Shown: one piece after another, positions 9,026-16,974 of the stretch
Numbering within the stretch: the first letter of the stretch is position 1
Layout of the letters: each line of letters starts with the position of its first letter
DNA from: an uncultured Dehalococcoidales bacterium
Lineage (GTDB): Bacteria > Chloroflexota > Dehalococcoidia > GIF9 > AB-539-J10
Assembly (NCBI GenBank): GCA_964474965.1
Contig: CAYYUO010000002.1
Span: forward strand, 1-44,303
DNA: 44,303 bases
Reading direction: 5' to 3'
Notes under the pieces: model-generated
The model's database searches: none
Seen by the model: the letters and a program-made list of their open reading frames with translations, nothing else
Told to the model about the DNA's origin: nothing
Position numbers and translations under genes: made by a program

Positions 9026-10615
9026 TTATCCTAGAATCTTCTCTGCCTCTTCCCTATAAGCATCCATTAGATATGGTATTCCGGTGACTTTGGTGCATTC
9101 TTCGGTCAAGGACATCAACTGATGCCGTGTAATAGCTGGCACGCTGAAACACCTTGCCCCAGCCATTAATTGCTGTAAACCTACTCTAATCTTTTCGCTG
9201 AAACTGTATATTCCTACGGCACCCAGCGGGATATTCTTCATTTCACCAGCACCTACTATACCCTTGACGTCTTCGTAGCAGACGAAAATCTCTTCAGGGG
9301 TTGAACCGAATTGACCAACTGTATTTGGTAACTTGCCATCCTTAAGCCACTGCTCAATATTCTTACCTACCATACCCGGAATCATCAAAGCCCGTCCCAT
9401 GCAGACTGCTTTAGTAAAGGGTGCACCAAGTGCAAGAGCCTTGAATACTCCATCTTCACTACTGAATCCACCAGCGAAGGCGATATCGGGTACTCGTTCG
9501 CCTCTATCGGCCAGCTTCTGGCAAAACTCGTAAGCAGCAGCATGTAGGTAGAGACTTGGCATGCCCCACTCTTCCATCATTCGCCAAGGGCTCATACCGG
9601 TACCACCACCAGCGCCATCTAGTGTAAGCAAATCAATCTTGGCATTCGCCCCCCACCTGATGGCCATGGCCAGTTCTCGCAACCCGTAGGCACCAGTTTT
9701 CAAAGTAATACGTTTGAATCCCAAGTCCCTGAGCCTTTTAACTTCAGTATAAAAACCTTCTTCATCGATAAAACCAAGGCGGCTGTGGCGTTCAAATTCC
9801 TTGAGAGAGCCGTCCTTAAAGGCTGCCTGGGATAACGGATTTGAAGGGTCAGGCGTGATAATATAGCCACGCTTTTGAAGCTCTAGTGCTCGTTCTAAAC
9901 TGTTGACCTTGATTTCGCCGCCGATACATTTCGCACCCTGTCCCCATTTTAGTTCAATGGTGTTCAAACCGTGTTTTTTGCTAACGTATTCAGCAACACC
10001 CAATCTAGTATCCTCTACATTCAGTTGGACCAGGATTTCGCCATATCCTTGATGATAACGTCGGTAGACCTCGATTCGACGGTCCATATCCGGTGCTGAA
10101 ATAACCTTGCCATTGGAATCAAGCTTAAGCTGAGGGTCGATGCCGCAAACATTCTCACCACAGACCAATGTAACCCCGCTGATAGCAGCGCCAATAGCGA
10201 AATGGTCCCAGTTCTTACGGGCTATCTCTGTGGAACCCAAAGCCCCGGTAAAGATAGGAACCTTCATCTTGACTTTAATGTCCCAGCCGTATTCAGTCTC
10301 AGTATTTACACTTGGGAAAATAGCCGTATCAGGGTCACCGATTACCCCAGGTGGTAACCCTTCGGCCCCTAAAGCATATCCTTGGATATTCAGATGCGAG
10401 TAATCAACCGGATAATCCTTGTCACCTCCGGCAGTAACTTCACCGTAGGGTCCGGGATAGATTAGTTCCCTACCACGGAAGGTTGCCTTGAAGACCTCGC
10501 AGTTCCCGGTGCAACCGTCAAGGCAGCGGGAGCAGAGACCACTCATAGGCACTACACTTCTGGAACGATTGGCGGTTCTAGTGGCTTCATTGGCGTTTGG
10601 TCGTTGCAGATTCAT
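9026..10615 (-). CDS. glutamate synthase FMN-domain family protein with N-terminal Cys cluster, function unassigned
   Basis: 529 aa. It has an N-terminal CSRCLDGCTGNC motif, then KWGQGAKCIGGEIK and LDGAGGGTGMSP blocks characteristic of the GltS FMN-binding domain. A strong AAGGAG lies 7 nt upstream of the ATG. Confidence 0.8.
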   Translation of the reverse strand: MNLQRPNANEATRTANRSRSVVPMSGLCSRCLDGCTGNCEVFKATFRGRELIYPGPYGEVTAGGDKDYPVDYSHLNIQGYALGAEGLPPGVIGDPDTAIFPSVNTETEYGWDIKVKMKVPIFTGALGSTEIARKNWDHFAIGAAISGVTLVCGENVCGIDPQLKLDSNGKVISAPDMDRRIEVYRRYHQGYGEILVQLNVEDTRLGVAEYVSKKHGLNTIELKWGQGAKCIGGEIKVNSLERALELQKRGYIITPDPSNPLSQAAFKDGSLKEFERHSRLGFIDEEGFYTEVKRLRDLGFKRITLKTGAYGLRELAMAIRWGANAKIDLLTLDGAGGGTGMSPWRMMEEWGMPSLYLHAAAYEFCQKLADRGERVPDIAFAGGFSSEDGVFKALALGAPFTKAVCMGRALMIPGMVGKNIEQWLKDGKLPNTVGQFGSTPEEIFVCYEDVKGIVGAGEMKNIPLGAVGIYSFSEKIRVGLQQLMAGARCFSVPAITRHQLMSLTEECTKVTGIPYLMDAYREEAEKILG

Positions 10616-10636
10616 TCTCTAACACTCCTTAATCTA

Positions 10637-11407
10637 TTATTTCTTGACGGGTATCCCCTTTTTTTGCAAAAAGCTCTTAGCTTGAGATATTGAAATTTCT
10701 CCAAAATGGAAGATTGATGCCGCCAGTAATGCTGAAGCCTTCCCGGTTACCACAGCCTCATAAAAATGCCCCAATTTACCCGCACCACCCGAGGCAATGA
10801 CCGGGATGCTGACGGCTTCAGCTACAGCTCTGGTCATCTCCAAATCATAGCCTTCTTTTGTGCCATCGGCATCTTTGCTGGTGAGCAAAATCTCCCCAGC
10901 CCCTAGCTTCTCCACCCTCTTTGCCCACTCGACGATGTCTATCCCTGTAGCCTCGCTACCACTTTTGACTACCACCTCTAATCGTGGAAGACCAGTTCCA
11001 GAGGGGTTTTTTCGTCCATCGATGGCAACAACGAGCTTTTCCTTGCCAAACTTGTTCGAGGATGCTTTTATCAACTCAGGATTTCTAACCGCAGCCGTAT
11101 TTATCGAAACCTTGCTCACCCCAAGGTCAAACAAGGTCTGCATGTCCTCAAGGCTAGCGATACCGCCTCCCACGGCAAAGGGAACCGTAACCACCTCACA
11201 GACCCTTTTTACCCATTCAAAACGCGTCTTTCTACTCTCCACGGTGGCGAAGATATCAAGAAACACCAGTTCGTCAGCGCCTTCTCGGCAATAAGCCTCC
11301 GCTGCCTCTACAGGATCTCGAGCATCCCTCAGATTCACGAAATTTATTCCCTTGACTACCCTGCCATCCTTAACGTCTAAGCAGGGGATGATTCTCACTA
11401 TATTCAT
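10637..11407 (-). CDS. hisF: imidazole glycerol phosphate synthase cyclase subunit, paralog 1
   Basis: 256 aa: [63 protein letters not shown]. Both catalytic Asp positions are retained. Confidence 0.85.
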   Translation of the reverse strand: MNIVRIIPCLDVKDGRVVKGINFVNLRDARDPVEAAEAYCREGADELVFLDIFATVESRKTRFEWVKRVCEVVTVPFAVGGGIASLEDMQTLFDLGVSKVSINTAAVRNPELIKASSNKFGKEKLVVAIDGRKNPSGTGLPRLEVVVKSGSEATGIDIVEWAKRVEKLGAGEILLTSKDADGTKEGYDLEMTRAVAEAVSIPVIASGGAGKLGHFYEAVVTGKASALLAASIFHFGEISISQAKSFLQKKGIPVKK

Positions 11408-11408
11408 T

Positions 11409-12446
11409 TCATAACTCCCAGAACTTAACTAGGTCTTGGTATTCCATTACAGTACTCATAGCATGATTTTCCACTTCTATGCCAGATTCAACAGCAGTAG
11501 CTATGGGATTAAGCCCCCCTGTGAGTATCATGCCTACCTTATTCAATTCTACAGGAACTTCACACAATGACTTGCTCACCTCGCCCATCATAAACAATCC
11601 ACCTAGATTAGCTTCTTTTAATCCAGCAACGACCTTTTCTGCTTCGGGTTGGCATATGGCCGGTATTTCTCGGAAGTTGGCTAAAATCCTCCCCTCCCCT
11701 TTTCTAGCCACTTGACCAACGCTAGTCATCTTACTGGTAATGTATATCTCTGAGGGGTCTAAGGATGAGCCTGAATATTGGATAAGCTCCACAAATCGCA
11801 AAGGTTTGTGGTTCTTAATTTGCAAAATACCGCCGAATTTGGAATCCATAGGAATGCCCGCTTTAAGCAAAGCACCATTAATTATAACGCTACAAACAGT
11901 GGCCAGACCTATTTTGCCCTGGGGCACAATTATCCCACCCAATTTTTCACCCTGGCGAGCCACAGCCACAAGGTCACTGACGCAGATCCCGGCCTGAAAA
12001 ACGCTTTTCATGATTTCGATCGCCTTCTTAAATTGCTTCTCAGAAAAAAAGGAGACATTAACAGGAACTTTGCCCTGACGCTTATCTAGGTCGAAGTCTG
12101 TTTGATAGGCCAGAAGCTCAATCTTAAAAGCAACAAACCCAACCTTGTCGCTAACTAAAGCACTTTCTAATTCTTCAAGGCCTAGCTGTGTAATCAACCT
12201 CCCATCCCTTCCCACACTCTGTGTAAACCCGCGCGCATCCATTAGCTTAAGGTGATACCGCACCGCCCTTTCGCCTAGCTCAACCCCGTGGTCCTTCAAA
12301 CTCTGCGCAATAACCCTGGCTCCAAGAGGCTCCGGCGAGTCCCTCAGAATTCTCATGATGGCGATTGTCTTTCTTTCTACGTCCTGTGCTTCGAAACCCA
12401 CGGTAAAACTCGGGTATTCTGGGTAATAGGAAACCGTTTTCCACAA
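11409..12446 (-). CDS. nrpR: NrpR-type nitrogen regulator (winged HTH plus one DUF128/NRD domain)
   Basis: The HTH region reads ERKTIAIMRILRDSPEPLGARVIAQSL...GERAVRYHLKLMD. DUF128-type blocks follow: TVCSVIINGALLKAGIPMDSKFGG, SLDPSEIYITSKMTSV, ILANFREIP, GGLNPIA. The start is uncertain because the track's TTG at 12446 lies inside a candidate -10 hexamer. A GTG at 12401 or an ATG at 12356 are alternatives. Confidence 0.75.
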   Translation of the reverse strand: MWKTVSYYPEYPSFTVGFEAQDVERKTIAIMRILRDSPEPLGARVIAQSLKDHGVELGERAVRYHLKLMDARGFTQSVGRDGRLITQLGLEELESALVSDKVGFVAFKIELLAYQTDFDLDKRQGKVPVNVSFFSEKQFKKAIEIMKSVFQAGICVSDLVAVARQGEKLGGIIVPQGKIGLATVCSVIINGALLKAGIPMDSKFGGILQIKNHKPLRFVELIQYSGSSLDPSEIYITSKMTSVGQVARKGEGRILANFREIPAICQPEAEKVVAGLKEANLGGLFMMGEVSKSLCEVPVELNKVGMILTGGLNPIATAVESGIEVENHAMSTVMEYQDLVKFWEL

Positions 12447-12472
12447 TACCAGAGCGAAGCCATGCTTGTCAA
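12429..12472 (-). promoter_or_regulatory. candidate nrpR promoter with abutting GGAA-N6-TTCC palindrome
   Basis: Minus strand reads TTGACA (12472-12467), an 18-nt spacer, TATTGT (12448-12443), then immediately GGAAAACGGTTTCC (12442-12429). Confidence 0.4.
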
Positions 12473-12516
12473 CTACAATCCGTTCCTATTATTTTTTCAG
12501 TATACCGATTAAACGC

Positions 12517-12545
12517 TTGCTTAGTTCCGGCGCTTGGTGTATTAT
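12517..12545 (+). promoter_or_regulatory. candidate promoter for pdxT-purL-purQ
   Basis: TTGCTT (12517-12522), a 17-nt spacer, then TATTAT (12540-12545), 26 nt upstream of the pdxT ATG. Confidence 0.4.
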
Positions 12546-12570
12546 GAGCCTTTCAGGAAATCGACAAGAT

Positions 12571-13197
12571 ATGAAGGTGGGGGTTCTCGCTCTACAGGGA
12601 ACGTTCATAGAGCATATTGGCATTCTGCGACAATTGGGTGTGGAAGCCCCTCCAATTCGCCTGCCCCATGAGCTCAATACACTGGATGGGCTTATTATCC
12701 CCGGCGGGGAAAGCACTACCATGCTGAGGCTCATGGAGAGTTTTGGGTTGATTCAGCCCATAAGGGAGATGGCTCGAGATGGTTTACCTATTTGGGGGAC
12801 CTGTGCCGGGATGGTCTTGCTTGCCAAGAGTATCTCCAACTATGAAATGGAGACTCTAGGCCTCATGGATATGGAGATCAGGCGCAACGCCTTTGGCAGC
12901 CAGATTGATAGCTTTGAGGTGGATCTGGAGATACCGATTGTAGGCGAAGAGCCATTTCATGCCATTTTCATTCGAGCCCCGATAATCAAAGAGGCTGAGC
13001 CGGGTGTAAAAATTCTGTCCCGTCTCCCTGATGGCACCATCGTCGCCGCTAGGCAAAATAGGCTGCTGGCCTGTGCTTTCCACCCGGAGTTCACCGATGA
13101 CTTAAGATTCCATAGCTATTTCTTAAGTATGATCAGCCAAAAACTGTCCCACAACTCCGAGGATATAATCCTTCACGGGAGCCAGCTTGGGCATTGA
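12571..13197 (+). CDS. pdxT: pyridoxal 5'-phosphate synthase glutaminase subunit
   Basis: MKVGVLALQG, IIPGGESTT, GTCAGMVLL (catalytic Cys) and AFHPEFT blocks. I prefer the internal ATG at 12571 over the track start at 12466. Confidence 0.9.
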   Translation: MKVGVLALQGTFIEHIGILRQLGVEAPPIRLPHELNTLDGLIIPGGESTTMLRLMESFGLIQPIREMARDGLPIWGTCAGMVLLAKSISNYEMETLGLMDMEIRRNAFGSQIDSFEVDLEIPIVGEEPFHAIFIRAPIIKEAEPGVKILSRLPDGTIVAARQNRLLACAFHPEFTDDLRFHSYFLSMISQKLSHNSEDIILHGSQLGH

Positions 13198-13237
13198 AAG
13201 ATGTTGAGCTCCTGGAAATTGTAGAAAGGTAAGTCTC

Positions 13238-16099
13238 TTGTTTCGAATCGAGGTCTCAGTAAAGGCTGGGTTCCCTGACCCCAAGGGAGACAGGCTGGAG
13301 ATAGACATCCGTGACATCGGCATCACGACTGTAAAAGAGGCCAGGGTCAGCGACGTATATCTTCTGGGGGGAAAACTGGATGAGGCGGAGGTGAGAAGGA
13401 TCGGGCAGGAGCTACTGGCTGACCCTGTGGTTGAGGACTTTTCTTGGGGTGAGGGGCCTTTATCTCGTATCGAGGGTGAGGATTTCCACGTTATTGAGGT
13501 AGCCTACAATCCTGGCGTGACGGATCCCGTGGAGGAGAGCGTCGGCAAGGCAATCCGAGACCTCGGTATAACTACGGTTACATCAGTGAAAACCGCCCGT
13601 AAATATTCCTTACGGGGCGAACTTTCAGAGGAGACCCTTCAATCTATCTGCGATAAGCTGTTGGTCAATAGCCTGATCCAGCATGTGGTCACGAAGCGGG
13701 AGGCGGTTGCTCTTCCCTCCACAACCTACAAATTTGCCTTAACTACTGTAGATTTGCTTAACATGGACGATGACGGTCTGATGGAGGTGAGCAAGGATAG
13801 GCTCTGGTTGAATCTAAACGAGATGAGGCACATCAAAGATTACTTCTCAGAGCTGGGCCGCAATCCCACCGATGTGGAGCTTGAGACTCTGGCACAAACC
13901 TGGTCTGAGCACTGCATCCACAAGACCTTCAAGAGCAGAATCAGGCTAGGTCAGCTTGTTGTCGACAACTTGCTTAAGAGCACCGTGATGAAGGTCACCG
14001 AGGAATTAAAAAAGCCCTGGTGTCTTTCGGTTTTTCGGGATAATGCCGGCGTAATAGATTTCGATGGCCGTTATGCTGTCTGTTTTAAGGTAGAAACGCA
14101 TAATCATCCCTCGGCTGTGGAGCCCTATGGAGGAGCAGCTACGGGGATAGGCGGTGTCATTCGCGATATCCTGGGGACGGGACTGGGGGCCAAGCCCATC
14201 CTGGATACCGATGTATTCTGCTTTGCTCCTCCGGATTTCCCCGATGATAAACTCCCCCCTGGTGTGTTGCATCCCCGCCGTATTTTCAAAGGCGTCCGCG
14301 CCGGTGTGGCTGACTACGGGAACCGACTCGGCGTACCCACGCTAAACGGTGCTATCCTTTTTGACGAGCGATATATAGGAAATCCCTTGGTCTTCTGTGG
14401 GACAGTGGGTCTATTGCCTGCTAGCATGAGCCAGAGGGGCCAGCAGCAGACTGGAGACTTGGTGGTTCTGGTGGGGGGCAAGACCGGACGTGATGGCATC
14501 CATGGCGTTACCTTCGCCTCGGGAGAACTTACCAAGGAATCGGAGGCTATCTCTGCCAGCTCAGTTCAAATTGGCGATCCCATTACGGAGAAGAAGCTGA
14601 TCGATGTCCTCCTCAAGGCGAGGGACCGGCAACTATACCGGCGGATCACCGATTGTGGAGGGGGTGGACTTTCATCGGCGGTGGGGGAGATGGCTGAGGA
14701 AACGGGCGTGCGTGTTTACCTGGAGCGGGTCCCTCTGAAGTATTCGGGGCTCTCCTACACCGAGATATGGATATCTGAATCTCAGGAACGGATGGTGCTG
14801 GCTGTGCCGCCAAACACGGCCGACCAGTTGATTTCTCTTTTCCAGGGCGAGGGGGTGGAAGCTACCATCATCGGAGAGTTCACCGATACTCGACGGCTTG
14901 AGCTTTTATACGAAGGCAATCTGGTTGGCGACCTTGATATGGAGTTCCTGCACAAAGGGCTGCCTCAACTGGAGAAAGAGGCTGTCTGGGAGCTGCCACA
15001 ACATGCAGAGCCGGACTTTCCTCAGCCAACTGACCTGCGTGAAGACCTGTTGCGTATTCTGGCCTCGTGGAATGTTTGCAGTAAAGAATGGGTGATACGC
15101 CAGTACGACCACGAGGTACAGGGTGGTAGCGTTCTCAAGCCCCTCACGGGGGTAAACAATGATGGCCCCAGTGACGCCGCCATCGTCAGACCGATACTCG
15201 ATTCAGATATGGGCATCGTCGTCGCCAACGGCATCAATCCCAAGTATGGGGACATCGACCCGTACTGGATGGCCGCCTCTGCTATAGATGAGGCGTTGCG
15301 GCAGGTTGTGGCTGTTGGGGGCAGCCTCCAGAGGGTGGCACTGCTGGATAACTTCTGTTGGGGCAATCCAGATAAGCCGGACAGATTGGGGGGTCTGGTG
15401 CGAGCGGCACAAGCCTGCTACGATGTTGCTCTCGACTACGAGACTCCCTTCATCTCCGGAAAGGATAGTCTCTATAATGAGTTTGAGACCGAAAAAAAGA
15501 GCATCTCCATTCCGCCCACGCTGCTCATCTCTGCGGTGGCAGTGATGGATAATGTGGAGAAGGCAGTTACAATGGATTGCAAGCGAGAGGGCGACCTGGT
15601 CTATATCATCGGCACCACGTGGAACGAACTTGGCGGCTCACAATACTATGGCATTCATGGTTATGTGGGGAACAGGGTACCCAGGGTTGACTCCAAGGAA
15701 GGAAAGAAGCTCATGGATGCTCTCAGCGTCGTCATGGAGAAGGGTCTGGTCAAGGCCTGCCATGACCTGAGTGAAGGGGGCATCGGGGTGGCTGCCGCCG
15801 AAATGGCCCTCGCCGGAGGTTTAGGGATGGTAATTCATCTAGGGCAGGTGCCGCTGGGCGAAGCAATGAATCGAGACGATTATGTGCTCTTCTCCGAATC
15901 GAATACCAGGTTCTTGGTAGAGGTAGCCCCGGAGGACAGGCAGCAGTTCGAGGTTATGATGACTGGGATTGATTTTGCCGTCATCGGTCAGGTTACGAGC
16001 AAAGGAAGGCTTGAGGTCTACGGTCTTAATAAGGAAATAGTGCTTTCGGCTCTCATTACTGAACTCAAGGAGGCTTGGCAGAGACCTCTTCGCTGGTAG
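13238..16099 (+). CDS. purL: FGAM synthase II with two N-terminal PurS-like repeats (PurS-PurS-PurL fusion)
   Basis: 953 aa with a TTG start. Residues ~1-70 and ~84-150 each resemble PurS (xVxVxxKxGxxDPxG...LLxNxxIxxx). The remainder carries PurL blocks: WSEHCxHKTF, VETHNHPSAVEPYGGAATG, ITDCGGGGLSSA. Confidence 0.9.
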   Translation: MFRIEVSVKAGFPDPKGDRLEIDIRDIGITTVKEARVSDVYLLGGKLDEAEVRRIGQELLADPVVEDFSWGEGPLSRIEGEDFHVIEVAYNPGVTDPVEESVGKAIRDLGITTVTSVKTARKYSLRGELSEETLQSICDKLLVNSLIQHVVTKREAVALPSTTYKFALTTVDLLNMDDDGLMEVSKDRLWLNLNEMRHIKDYFSELGRNPTDVELETLAQTWSEHCIHKTFKSRIRLGQLVVDNLLKSTVMKVTEELKKPWCLSVFRDNAGVIDFDGRYAVCFKVETHNHPSAVEPYGGAATGIGGVIRDILGTGLGAKPILDTDVFCFAPPDFPDDKLPPGVLHPRRIFKGVRAGVADYGNRLGVPTLNGAILFDERYIGNPLVFCGTVGLLPASMSQRGQQQTGDLVVLVGGKTGRDGIHGVTFASGELTKESEAISASSVQIGDPITEKKLIDVLLKARDRQLYRRITDCGGGGLSSAVGEMAEETGVRVYLERVPLKYSGLSYTEIWISESQERMVLAVPPNTADQLISLFQGEGVEATIIGEFTDTRRLELLYEGNLVGDLDMEFLHKGLPQLEKEAVWELPQHAEPDFPQPTDLREDLLRILASWNVCSKEWVIRQYDHEVQGGSVLKPLTGVNNDGPSDAAIVRPILDSDMGIVVANGINPKYGDIDPYWMAASAIDEALRQVVAVGGSLQRVALLDNFCWGNPDKPDRLGGLVRAAQACYDVALDYETPFISGKDSLYNEFETEKKSISIPPTLLISAVAVMDNVEKAVTMDCKREGDLVYIIGTTWNELGGSQYYGIHGYVGNRVPRVDSKEGKKLMDALSVVMEKGLVKACHDLSEGGIGVAAAEMALAGGLGMVIHLGQVPLGEAMNRDDYVLFSESNTRFLVEVAPEDRQQFEVMMTGIDFAVIGQVTSKGRLEVYGLNKEIVLSALITELKEAWQRPLRW

Positions 16100-16107
16100 G
16101 ACTTGAC

Positions 16108-16881
16108 ATGACAATTAAGGTAAGGACACTGATACTTCGGGCTCCTGGGACAAACTGTGATGTGGAAGCTGCCTTTGCCTTCGAACAAGCCGGGGCACAG
16201 GTGGACTTGACCCATGTGGATGAGCTTATCCATCGGCAGAAGTCTCTCTCCCATTACCAGATAATGGTTATCCCCGGCGGTTTTACTTATGGGGATGATA
16301 TCTCGGCCGGGAAAATTCTGGCCAACGAACTAAGACTCAAGCTAGGGGACGAAATTCAAAAGTTTGTTGACGATGGCAGGCTCATTCTGGGGATCTGTAA
16401 TGGTTTTCAGGTCCTGGTGAAAGCTGGCATGTTACCTAAGTCGGGGAGTGAAAACTCGCAATCGCTGACTCTAGCTGGCAACGATTCCGGCAGGTTTGAA
16501 TGTCGCTGGGTCTACCTCCGCGCCAATAAAACAAGCCCATGCATTTTTACACAGGGAATAGACCTTATGTATCTCCCGGTTGCCCATGGAGGGGGCAAGG
16601 TGGTAATTGAACCGGGGGCGCTAGAAGAGCTAAATGTGGCACTTTACTATGCTGATGAGACAAGAGACATTCGGGCTGGCTACCCTCACAATCCCAATGG
16701 TTCAGTGAACAATATAGCTGGCATCTGCGATGCTACCGGTCGCATTTTTGGGCTGATGCCACACCCGGAGCGATTCATCCGTTGGACGCAGCATCCAAGG
16801 TGGACCAGAGAGCCCTGGCGGGATTATGGGGATGGCTTCCGCGTTTTTCTGAACGCTGTGGAGTGGGCCAAGAGCATCTGA
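16108..16881 (+). CDS. purQ: FGAM synthase I (glutaminase subunit)
   Basis: Class I GATase with GICNGFQ (catalytic Cys) and MPHPER blocks. I prefer the ATG at 16108 (MTIKVRTLIL) over the track start at 16075, which overlaps the purL end. Confidence 0.9.
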   Translation: MTIKVRTLILRAPGTNCDVEAAFAFEQAGAQVDLTHVDELIHRQKSLSHYQIMVIPGGFTYGDDISAGKILANELRLKLGDEIQKFVDDGRLILGICNGFQVLVKAGMLPKSGSENSQSLTLAGNDSGRFECRWVYLRANKTSPCIFTQGIDLMYLPVAHGGGKVVIEPGALEELNVALYYADETRDIRAGYPHNPNGSVNNIAGICDATGRIFGLMPHPERFIRWTQHPRWTREPWRDYGDGFRVFLNAVEWAKSI

Positions 16882-16974
16882 ATAAAAGGCTGGTCTATCC
16901 TGCGTTAGCCTCTGTATACTACGGAAAATACTTATTAATGTTTGCTATACTATTTGTCGCTATAAGGAGGCAGA

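Noticed and set aside
10986-10999. Additional GGAA-N6-TTCC matches at 10986-10999 (hisF-1), 25769-25782 (asnB-like) and 42540-42553 (rplL repeats).
   Set aside because: All lie deep inside coding sequence with no promoter context. The rplL match is explained by GAA/GGA-rich codons. I treat them as background. The match inside the nrpR operon (10986) could be revisited if NrpR binding is tested.
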